A stretch of DNA of 64,000 nt from contig NC_083408.1 in the NCBI RefSeq assembly GCF_020745735.1, forward strand, positions 99,416,484 to 99,480,483, written 5' to 3'. A program made the position numbers and the translations under genes. The stretch comes from Hemiscyllium ocellatum. Taxonomy: Eukaryota. Shown in pieces: positions 10,171 to 21,059 of the stretch (position 1 is the stretch's first letter; each line of letters begins with the position of its first letter). Under the pieces are notes generated by a model. That model saw only the letters and a program-made list of their open reading frames with translations, had not been told where the DNA came from and did not search any database.

Positions 10171-13100
10171 TCTCTATTCCTGAGATGCTGCCTAACCTGC
10201 TGTGCTTTGACCAGCAACACAAGTGGAGGCCTTAAAATAGCTAAGAACTATGAGGCTCTAAGAGAGATTATTCTGCTGGAGGAGTTTAAAAACTCACTTT
10301 CACAGATGATAAGAATTCACGCAGATGAACAGAAAGTTCAGGAAGAGAAAGGGACAGCAGAGATGACAGATGAATATATATTGGTGCATAAGGCAAACTT
10401 TATCTTCCGGCAAGAATTTCATCCTGTGAGGAATAGAAATTGGGAAAAGGGGAGATCCTACACTATGAAACAAAGAGTAAAGAACACTGATAAATGTTTA
10501 CTACAGGTTGACAAAAAGCCCAAGAGGGTGGAAAGGAGATGAAAGGCCTCAGGTGTTTCCACTGTGATAAAGTGGGACATGTAAAGTCATGCTGGTCAGA
10601 AAAGAAAGGCACTCTGGGAAAAGATGTGGTAAAAGAAGCTAAGCCAGTGGCATTAGTGAAAGTAGTAAAGGAAAGTCAAGGAGCAGCAAGAATGTGCACA
10701 GCCTAGGCAGAGGCTGGGTATGGCGTTAGTGTCTGATCTCTAATCTCTACAAAGACTTCACCTCTGTGGATAAAGTTTACTCAGAAAGAAAAGGGGGAGA
10801 CGGGCAAGAAGTTACAATTTTGAGAGTTACACGATCTAACTAGCCTCTAATAGTTAGAAATGAATGTATTTGCATTCTTTCCGACTTGTTACCTGACTGA
10901 GTGGTAATTTGTGGGATTGATGGACAGAAATTTAGCTTTCCCCTCTGTAACATCAAGTTGGAGTGACAACTCAAAACTGGGGAAGTAACAGTGGGAGTGA
11001 TTAAAAAAAAAGTGTCAGCTCCAGGAATCCAGTTTGTTCTTGGGAACGAGTTAGCAGATCCAAGGTGGGAGTGACACCCCTTGTTGTGGAAAAGCCCAAG
11101 GAAGACCAGGGAACTGAGGAGTTAAAAGAAAAATACCCTATAATATTCACCAAATGTGTAGCAACAAGATCCCACCATCATAAGTCACAGCACGAGGTAA
11201 AAACTAAAAGAGAAAGATGAAGGAGTTGAGGTTCAGTTAGCGGACACCCTGTTTGATGTAATGGTGCAGGAAAAACCTGAACAGGCAGAAGGTCAGGCAG
11301 GAGTGTTTAGTCCTAAAAAGCTAATGGTTTACAACAGAAAGACATGACAATAAAAGATGCCTACTCAGAAAAGGAGGCAGAGGATATTCCTGAGGGGTAT
11401 TTATCTCAAAAGATAGAATCCTAAGATGAAAATTAATACCACAGCAGTTCCGTGCAGAGGAGAAATGGACAGAAATACACCAGACTGTGTTGCTGGTAGC
11501 ATACAGACAGGAAATGTTATGGGTAGCACATGAACTACTAGTAGGAAGTCATCTAGGTATACGGAAAACTCAGGCTAAGGTACAAAAGTATTGGCCTAGA
11601 ATGCACAATGATGTGGTTAACTTTTGCCGTATGTGCCATACATGCCAACTGGTAGGTAAGCAACAGGCAGTAATAAAACCCACACCTTTGTTGCCAATTC
11701 CCATTGTCAAAGAACCTTTCACGTGGGTTACGATTGATTCCCTGCCAAGAACTAAAAGTGAGAACCAGTATTTGCTAACCATAATGAATGTGTCTACCAG
11801 ATTTCCAGAGGCAAATCTATGACAGAGTATTTAGGCAAAAAGAGTGGTATAGGAGCCCGTAGCTTTCTTCACATGGAATGGGCTACCCAGAGAGACTCAG
11901 TCAGACCAAGGGTCAAAATTTACTGCAGGGCTGTTTAAGGAAGTCACAGATAGCTTACAAATACAGCACTTTTAATCAAGTCCATATCATCCTGAATCCC
12001 ACGGAGCTTTGGAAAGGTGGCATCAGATCCTGAAGATCATGTTAAGAGCGTACTATCAGGATTGCCCAAATGATTGGGATAAAAGCTATCCCATTCGTAT
12101 TGTTTGCCATTAGAGATGCCCCAAACAAATCTACTTAGTTTATTCTATTTGAGTTGATATTTGGCCATGAAGTGAGAGGGCCTTTGAAATTAATTAAAGA
12201 GAAATTGTCAGGACCAAAGATGGAGAGCTCACACTTGGATTATGTATCAGAGGTGAGGGAGAGATTAAGTCAGGTAGGTGAGTTAGCTAAACAGCACCTA
12301 AAGATGGCACCATGTAGAATGAAGCAGGTGACAGATAAAAACTCAGAAATTCAGATATTTTCCTGTGGGGATGATGTATTAGTATTATTACCAGTGGTAG
12401 GAGATCCCTTCAGAGGTTTGGTGGTCCCTATCAAATTGAGAAAAAGTTGGTTCAGGTAAACTATCAAGTAAAGATCCAGATAGGAAAAAAACTGTATCAC
12501 ATATTTCATGTGAATACGTTGAAACCTTATTAAATAGAGAGAAGGAATGGTGAAGCAGATGTTAGTTACTAACCCACAGAGTGAGGAATCAAATCCAGAT
12601 GTGCCTCAAAATACATTAAACAATGAAGAAGTCCTTGAGGAGTGGGATAGGTTAGTAAACTATCTGTCTCAGGAGTAAAGAACACAGTTGAAAGGTGTTT
12701 TGCAGCAGTATTAGGACATATGCAGGATTAAGAGGAGGACTAATGCTATCCTGCAAGAGGTAGATGTAGGTAATGCTGTTCCGAAAAAATAACACTCCTA
12801 CAATCTTAATCGATTCAAAGCCAGACAGGTCCAGAAGGAAGTGGATGTAATCCTCAATGAAGATATCATCAAACCCAGTCAAGCGAGTCGAGTTCATCGC
12901 TCATGTTAGTTCCCAAACCTGACGGGTCTCAATGATTTTGTGTGGACTAGCAGAAGGTCAACACCGTATCAAAATCAGACTCATACCCAATACAAAGATT
13001 AGGGGGCTGTATAGAGAAAGTTGGACAAGCCAGTTACAAGTTGGACTTACTGTATGGTTGTTAGCGGATACCTTTATCAGAGAAAGCAAAAGAAATTTCT

Positions 13101-14154
13101 GCATTTGTAACCTCAAATGGACTGTATCAATTCAAAGTAATGCCCTTTGGAATGAAGAATGCACCCGCCACATTCCCACAACTCATGAACAGAGTTGTGG
13201 CTGGTTTAACAAACTATACAGTCTATCCAGATGATGAAGTGATCTTTAGTGAGTCGTGGAGAGGTCACAGCTGGCAGAGACCTTAGAACGATTCAGAGAA
13301 GCAAAACTGGTAATAAACTTAAAGAAAACCGAATTCGTGAAAGCAGAGGTAATGTTCTTGGAACATAACATCAGTCATAGAAGGTTGATCCCAAGGAACG
13401 CAAAGACGAAGGGTATCGAGGAATTCCCATGACCAACCTCGAAGAGGTACTTCAATCTTTGGGACTAAGCGGATTCTACTGGAGGTTTATTCCAAATTAC
13501 AGCAGCATAGTGGCACCGTTAACAAATTTGCTGAAGAAGACAGAACAATGCCAGGAGGCATTTGACAATTTAAAAGCAGTATTAGCCACTGCATCGGTTT
13601 TAGTTTCACCAATTTTTTTGAAAGCTTTCAGAGTTGCAAACAATGCTCGTGACATAGGAGGTGAAGCTGTACTGTTGCAGGAAGACGATGATGGAATTGA
13701 ACTGCCAGTTGGTTACTTTTCAAAGAAACTCAACACCCACCAGAGAAAATACTCTACGATCAAAAAGGAATTATTGAGTTTGGCACTGGCCTTACAATAT
13801 TTTAATATTTATGTCATGAACAATGTGTCAGAAACGGTTGTGTACATGGATCACAAACCTTTTACGTTCTTGGAACGATTTAAAGACAAGAATACGAGAC
13901 TATTTCATTGGAGTCTTATGTTACAGACTTATAATTTACAAATTGTACATATTGCGGGTCATAAGAATGTGATAGCAGATTTAACAGATAAAGTATAGAT
14001 AAGATGGAATAGATACCAATTTATGTGTGTGCATTAGTTAATATGAACTTAGATTAACGTTCTCTGTAATTCATGGTAATGGGTTAAGAAATAGAGAAAA
14101 GAATGAAGCCACTTTTTCATTATGATGGTTCATTTTTTTCTTAAACAGGGGAGT

Positions 14155-14847
14155 TGTTATGAAGTTGAAGGCACATATTGTACCTTTCAGAGAGAGTGAA
14201 AGCTGGCAAGCACCTGGCAGGCACAAAATTTACTGGACAATTGAAAGATGTAACGTTTTGGCTGTAATCTAGACACCTCAGTGTTTTCACAGCAGTTCGA
14301 GTTTAACCAGTTTAAATTAAAACCCAATTAAATTTGAATTTTACTGTTTTGACAACATCACACCAATGATATGAGCCAATGTTACAGGGTATAAAAAGCA
14401 AGCATTTTGGACAGTTAGCAGAGAAAGAGCATCACCTGCCATTATCAGACAGACTGCCTGAAAACCCTTTCTCTAAAAGGTACCTTTCTCATATGGAACA
14501 TCTGTGCAGCAGAAGACCGAAGATGACCTAGGGAGATCTACAAACAGAGGAGGATGACAGCTGCTGTCTGGTTTTGAAAATTTAATAGGGGCTCTATCGG
14601 ATCAGTCGATTGTTATAGAGTGGGAGGTAGATAACAAATCTTTAAGACAAAGGAGAATAGGAGTTATAAATAGTCGTTGCTTAATGTTCACTTTAGGGTT
14701 TAAAAAATAAAATTGTTATTTTTTTCTTTAAATACTGGAATTTGGGTAGTTCTCTGTCGCTCATACTTTAACAGATTACGAGGTAAGGTGAGCTTTTCTG
14801 TGTGTTTGGGTTAATTAGCATGAAGGGTTTGCCGCAGTGTCGTAACA
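14155..14847 (+). repeat. 3' LTR
   Basis: Preceded by purine tract AAACAGGGGAG (14143-14153); ends GTGTCGTAACA followed by the TSD ATAT. Confidence 0.92.
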
Positions 14848-14940
14848 ATATCAACAAATGATTCTGGAAACTCTGATCTCTGTAGGTGAAAATTACTGCA
14901 TAGAAAGGATGGTGGATGAAGAAGGTTAAAAGAGGCAAAC

Positions 14941-15089
14941 CTTAATGTCTTTAGTTGCCTTTAAACCATAGCCCTCTTCTGGAAAATAAGTGATTTCAAA
15001 ACCCTCAGTTGAGGCTCCACAGTCAGTTGCCCACTGCAGTAGTTCATCAAAGTGGTGTTCTCTGTTCCCATCAAAGACAACCGATAATC
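14941..15089 (-). CDS. SETD3: SETD3 third coding exon (start of SET domain); gene continues beyond window start
   Basis: Translates (G)LSVVFDGNREHHFDELLQWATDCGASTEGFEITYFPEEGYGLKATKDIK. 149 nt; AG/GT boundaries; cumulative CDS 345 nt in frame. I did not find the next exon within 1-14940. Confidence 0.95.
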
Positions 15090-16249
15090 CTAAATGGTTA
15101 CAAACCACATAGTAACTTAAAATCAGAGAAGTTAATTATATGTGAATCATAAAGTTCTACTAACTAGAAAAGAAATGCAAAACAAATTTGATTTAATACT
15201 AGGCAGTGTTTAAACTGATCAGCAATAGCTTTGGTGCAAGAATGATAATTTAGCCAATTTACAATAATATCACACATTGCTTCGTTAATTAAATCCTGAC
15301 ACTATGAATCATTGTACAAGACAACTTGATTGGAGAAGGATGACATTCATTTCCATGTGACTTGTTACCATAAAAGTGTAAAACACATTATAGAAAATTT
15401 AGGAGAAAATGTTTTCACATCTGGAGCTTCAGAAAGTAGAAGGCATTTGGAGCTTGAGAAATTGCTTGAAACTTCATTCCCACTATTTACAATCCAGTCT
15501 TAAATCCCTCACTGTGCACAATACCTATTCATTACAGCACATTTCTCAATCCATTTTCTTGTAATCTATCCTAAACTGTTCTGGTGAATTTTTAACTGTT
15601 AACAGCATCACTCAAATGCCCATTTTAAATGCAGTAATCTAGATAGTGTCAGGAGAAAATTCAAGCAAACATTATCGTTTCAGAACCTATCCTGTTCCTC
15701 GCTGGATATTCATGCACGGTTACTGATCCAATTATTCTATCAACTTTGCAGCCCACAGACACAGCAGGCAAACTCCAACACTTCCAATTCTTGTGCTGGT
15801 TGAAATTAAATAAATCAATTCAGACCAGAGATTGAACCTGAAAATGTTCTGATATGAACTAAGAATCAAAGGAAAGTGAAGCAATCAATTTGTTCAAAAG
15901 TTTATAGGACAAAAAGGACCAGGGCAATTTGGGCAGTGGCAAGTGCACCAAGCTCCTCAACCAAGCTTAATAAAAAAAGTACAGACACCAAGTCGTCACT
16001 AGCAAGGAACAAGGGGGATTAAGCAATGGTAGCACATTTTTAGTGCCATAACAGTAAACATTAGTGCGGAGAAAACTGGAATTGTGACTACAAAGCAATA
16101 GACTAATTAAGTAAAGTCATAATGATTGTCAGTTCATATTTCTTGCAAATGATCAAAGATAAAAAATACCAATTCATTCTGCACACATTAAAATGCAACA
16201 AGCACTGAAGAGGGTGCATCTTTAGAGACCTTTGATTTCTTTACACATT

Positions 16250-17120
16250 TCCAGTTTCCTCCCACAATCCAAAGATGTGCAGGTCAGGTGAACTGGCCAT
16301 GCTAAATTGCCCATAGTGTTAGGTGCATTAGTCAGGGGTAAATATAGGGGAATGGGTCTAGGTGGGTTACTCTTCGGAGGGTCGGTATGGACTTGTTGGG
16401 CCAAAGGGCCTGTTTCCATACTGTAGGGAATCTAACACACCTAACACTGTTGGCAATTTAGCATGGTCAATTCACCTGACCTGCACATCTTTGGATTGTG
16501 GGAGGAAACCCACGCAGACACAGGGAGAATGCCCAAACTCCACACAGACAGATGGGAATCAAACCCAGGACCCTGGTGCTGTGAGGCAGCAGTGCTAAAC
16601 ACTGAGCCACTGTGCCGCACATTAAGAGTATCCCACCCAAACCCAGCCCTCTACCCTATGACTCTACATTTACCCCTAACTAACACACCCTGAACACTAT
16701 GGGCAATTTAGCATGGCCAATCACCCTAACCTGCACATCTTTGATTTGTGGGAGGAAACCACGCTGATGTGGGGAGAATATGGAAACGCCACACAGACAG
16801 ACAGTCACCTGAGGCTGGAATCGAACCCAGGTCCCTGGCACTGTGATGCAGCTGTGCTAATCACTGAGCCACCGTGCCTTCCACTTAAAACTTCAACGCT
16901 ATGAGCAGGACTCAAACCTGCGCAGGGAGCCCCCACTGGATTTCAAATCCAATGCCTTAACCTCTCGGCCATTACCGCTGCCGGGGAAGTGCAGGTTAGG
17001 TAGATTAGCCATGGTAAATGTGTGGCTAGGAGGCTACGGTATGGGTCTGGGCCTGGATATAATCCTCTTTCGAGGGCCAGTGTAGACTCAATGGGCTGAA
17101 AGGCTTCTTTCCAGACTGTA
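16250..17120. mobile_element. Cluster of four HE1-like SINE fragments in both orientations
   Basis: Repeated GGCCATGCTAAATTGCCC core and tRNA-like heads at ~16250-16435(+), 16435-16620(-), 16625-16880(-) and 16988-17120(+). Confidence 0.8.
16897..16978 (-). pseudogene. tRNA-Ser(TGA) pseudogene
   Basis: 82 nt, GCGGTAATGGCCGAGAGGTTAAGGCATTGGATTTGAAATCCA...CAGGTTTGAGTCCTG; long variable arm; mismatched acceptor stem and mutated T-loop. Confidence 0.75.
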
Positions 17121-19339
17121 GGTTCAAAGAATATTCAGGACTGTTTTAGAAATAGTAAGCGGGAACTTAAATGAGGACAATCTGTTCAACAACTCACGAT
17201 CACATCTTTGGTATGATATCAAGAAAGGTGGAACTCCCTACAATAGTTGCATTTTGATTTTCTGATACCCCGACATAAAATCCTATTTGTGAACTGATAT
17301 TTAATATTGAATCAAGTACAAAACACAGACTAGATAAGAAAATGAATTAAGACCGTTCCTAATAGATGCAGTGCCAAAAGGTTGAGGTGTTGAATGAAAG
17401 ACAAATGTTTAAACTCCTTGATAACCTACATAGAGCTTAGATGAAGAAATCAATTATAAGCTTTTTAATTCTGCAGATAACACTAAATAGAAAAAAGCTC
17501 ACAGAGAACAGTGCCAGTACTTTCTAAATTTAGATTTGTCTTTGTGATTGAGTGGAATGATGTTAAATTATCTAATAGCAATCATAATATAATTAAGCTC
17601 AATGCAGTGCTTCTAAAGGAGAAACATGAAAATGATGAGATTCTATATTTAGAAAAGACTGAATTCAATATGCTAAAACAGAGACTGTCTGCAGGAAACT
17701 AGACAAGTCTGTTTTGGATTAAATGACAGATCGGTAGGATGAGTTAACAAATTAATATGATACAGTATACATTGCAATATGAAAGTATCATAATATTTTA
17801 AAAATACCAAAAACAGCCAAGTTTGACTATAAAGTTAAGAAATAATATACTGCAAAAAAAAAAGTACAGATCCTGATGTGGGGAGAATGGCAAATAGTCT
17901 GTAAATATATAAGAGTACAAGAAGGGAATATGACATGAAACTTGCAAACAGCATCAAATCAAGCAGAAAGTCTTTACAATTACTTTAGGGGGAAAAAAAA
18001 AGACACTTGACTGGAGCAATATGGGTGCACTGAAAACATATAATAATGGTCTTGTCAACAGGGGACATATGGAATAACAACATCAGTATTGATATTAGAG
18101 GAAGTGGATTGCAGGCCAAAGGTATTAAGGATATGAGGCAAAGGCAGGAACATGAAATTATGTCATAAAATAGCTGTAGTCACACTGTATGGCAGGGCAG
18201 GCTCAAAAGCCTTATGCCATATCCCAAACATAAAATTAACTCAATGGGTATCGAGTGAAAAATTGAATAACATAGGCCTGAAAAACTAAAGGAGAGAGTA
18301 ATAATCAGAAAAAAAGGAAAAAAAAGAATGTTCTGAGAGTAGCATTACACTCACAAAGAGTAACAGTTAAAAAAAACTTGATCAAAATTTTAGAGTTATC
18401 CACCTTTTTAGTGATACAGACGTCACCTCATTTATCTTTTATTATATTTGTCAGAACAATGCAAAGAAGTGTTGGTCAGAATGTTTTAAAAGAGGTGTTT
18501 TGAAGAGACTGTGTGGTAATCTCAAACGCAAAGGTGATGAGACACAGAAACAGTAGACAAGCTTACAGTATATTGTCTAGAAATTAGTGATGATGCAATA
18601 CAAATAGTGCTATATGAACTATTCAAGAGTGCAATTAAGATGCACCTAAAGCAGTTTTCTAAAATCAAACTAATGACCAGAAAACTTGCATTGAAACTGG
18701 CCGAATAATCATAATCTTTAATAGAGCCAAAGAAGCCAAAGGCATTCAAAACACTCGGGCGGTACTTCAGTAAAACTACCATGCCACTCGCTTTGTAAAG
18801 TTTTGGAAGCCTTTTAAATAGCAAACATGTATTTATTAGGAAGTAAACTGGTAGGAGGACATAAAAATGCAAGGAAAACATGAAAAAAACGGGACTGTGG
18901 GTCAGTAGAACAGAGCACACCGATTATCAAAAAATGTTGCAAAGATATTAAACTTAAATAAAAAAAAGCGAAATATATTGTTTTAAATGATTGAAGGTCT
19001 ATTGTTGGGGGGGCGGGGAGAAGAGGGTACCTACAGGACCTTTAGAAATAAGAACAAGAGAAACTACAATACCAGGGAAAGAGACCATTCCAAGTTTTAA
19101 GGAAGAGTTTAGATTATGATTAAAAGGGAACAAAGAACATAGAATTAGAGTTCTGATTATAAAAAGAAATAATAGTCGAGTAAAATTAAGTTTCCATGTG
19201 TCAGACTAGGTCATACATTCTAACATTTGAAGTTTACAGCACACTAAGTGCTATGATATTACAGGTGTTTTATTACTATATTCTTTGAAGTCAAGTTTTT
19301 TTAAAATCATTTTCGCAGAAATTAGATTTATAATTAAGG

Positions 19340-19860
19340 GTTGAAACAAAGAATTGATACATTGCAATAAAAAAGGACATTCGGACCATGAAGTCTCACT
19401 GGCTCTTCAAATACACATTGTAACATGTCCTATACCCTTGGATGTTGGTTCTGTTCAAATACCCATTTAATGCCCTCCTGAATGCCTCAACTGAATCTGC
19501 CTTCAATACATTTTTATTTAATCTTTCTATTTATTTCCATATCGCATGTGGTTCTTTGTAAAACACTTTAAAATTTGTGCCCTTTGCTTCTCAATCCTTT
19601 TACAAATGGAATGGTTTCCATTGATTTTGTACAGGTCCCTCGTGATTTTGATAACTCTTTCAAATCTCCTCTTAGTTTTCTCCTTTCCAAAGAAAGCAGT
19701 TTCAAGTTTTCCCAATCAATCCTCATAAGTCAAGTACCTCATTCCTAGAAGGATTCTTGTAAACTTCTTCTGCACATTCTCCAATTATTCCTGAATTGTG
19801 GCACTCAAACTGTACATAATGCTCCACTGAGGTCTAATTAATGCCTTACAGAAGACTTAT
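19340..19860 (-). mobile_element. Old CR1 3' fragment
   Basis: Degenerate CR1 C-terminal coding and 3' UTR pattern. Confidence 0.5.
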
Positions 19861-20488
19861 TATATAGTATATGACTGCTTAGTGGAGTCTCACCATTATA
19901 AATTCTAGGATTGTTGGTGTTTGATCCAACATTATGCTATGAATCATATCCTAGGTAATCAAAAACTAAAACCTTATTTAAGTTTTACACCCAGCAACTA
20001 TCCAGGATTAGCCCTCAATTCGAAATAACCCACAGACTTCCTTTTGTCATTACTCCTAATGACCATGCAGTGATGCCAACAATATGGGTTCAATTCCTGC
20101 ACTGGCTGAGATTACTCTAAGGAGTCTCCTTCTCAGCCTCTCCCCTCGCTTGAGCCATGGTGACCCTCAGGTTAAATCATCACCAGTCACTTCTATCTAA
20201 TGGACAGAACAGCCCTATGGTCTGGCGAGACTATGCCGGCTTTACCTTTACTCCTGATGATGTGACTAAAATTGAGAGCAGAGAACTATACAATAAAAAA
20301 CTCCGAACCTTAAAACTGCAGCATAGTAAATTAAACCTTCAGTATGTTATGTTATCTTGTACACACCATTTTCAGTTTTATATTATCTCTTTTGCTGGCT
20401 AGCGATGACAGTGATGTGCAATCAGATGAGTTTGTTTGTAAAGCAAGAGAAAATAATTCATGCAAAAGAGGAAATCAATCATAATTAC

Positions 20489-20581
20489 CTTTTTGTTTTT
20501 TACGGATTTTCTCAACCAAGCCACGGATCTGCACGTATTCTTCCCATTCCTTTCCAGGTACTGTGGAAGGATTGCTACATT
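20489..20581 (-). CDS. SETD3: SETD3 second coding exon
   Basis: Translates (K)CSNPSTVPGKEWEEYVQIRGLVEKIRKKQK(G). 93 nt; polypyrimidine tract+AG acceptor, GTAATT donor; phase consistent with flanking exons. Confidence 0.95.
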
Positions 20582-21059
20582 CTTGAAAAAAAAAGAAAAA
20601 TACTGTATTACAAGCCTGTATGCTGATAAGCTGAAGCACCTATAATCTTTCACCCTAGGTGGACAGTGAATTAGATATTTGGCCTTTTAATTGTGGCCAA
20701 TGTTTAATTTTCCACTTTAAAATCTACCTAAAAAATAAAAGAAGAATGTCTCTTCTTCCCTCCTGTTAAAGATAACCCCTTTGCTTCCAGAGTGCTAAGT
20801 TTCTCCAGCATTCTCTGCGCTGGTTGTCTATTATCATTCACTTTTAGTGGGTGTCAACTTTACAAATATACCCTTAATTCAGCACTAACAGGCACAGAGG
20901 TTTCCAACTGAATCAAGCAAGGCCACAGGGGTAGCAAAAATCTTGTTGGGACAGAGATGAATAGAGGTTGAGGTCAGGGCCTGGGCCTACTTTAAGCTTC
21001 CCTTTCAAAACATTTTCAACTAGGCCACTTTATATTCAGCCTTAGTTCTTGGGGTAGCA

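Larger units (their letters stand above)
8228..10220. mobile_element. Penelope-like element (Neptune-type), two 5'-truncated copies in inverted orientation
   Basis: Arms 8274-9237 and 9257-10220 are reverse complements (one mismatch seen); 19-nt spacer; unpaired tail 8228-8273; 14-bp TSD AAGTGGAGGCCTTA (8214-8227, 10221-10234). Confidence 0.93.
7246..13998 (+). pseudogene. Disrupted gag-pol of the Gypsy element
   Basis: SCAN-like capsid LREIILLEEFKNSL (~10260); CFHCDKVGHVKSC knuckle (10554-10592); integrase HHCC (11487-11822) and SDQG core (~11900); RT FKVMPFGMKNAPATF (~13131) and YPDD (~13224); RNase H (13429-13998). Interrupted by two Penelope insertions. Confidence 0.9.
6329..14847 (+). 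mobile_element. Gypsy/Ty3 LTR retrotransposon, Gmr1-like (integrase before RT), full length but decayed
   Basis: Two TG...CA LTRs; 4-bp TSD ATAT (6325-6328, 14848-14851); PBS and PPT; gag, Zn knuckle, integrase, RT and RNase H remnants. Confidence 0.93.

Noticed and set aside
8228-10220. Assembly fold-back artefact
   Set aside because: A clean 14-bp TSD, continuation of gag across it, one arm mismatch and the same architecture in smaller elements argue for a real insertion; read-level confirmation is still needed.
1-14940. Further SETD3 exons (AEELFLWVPRK...)
   Set aside because: Not found by eye on the minus strand; probably outside the window, though a short exon could have been missed.
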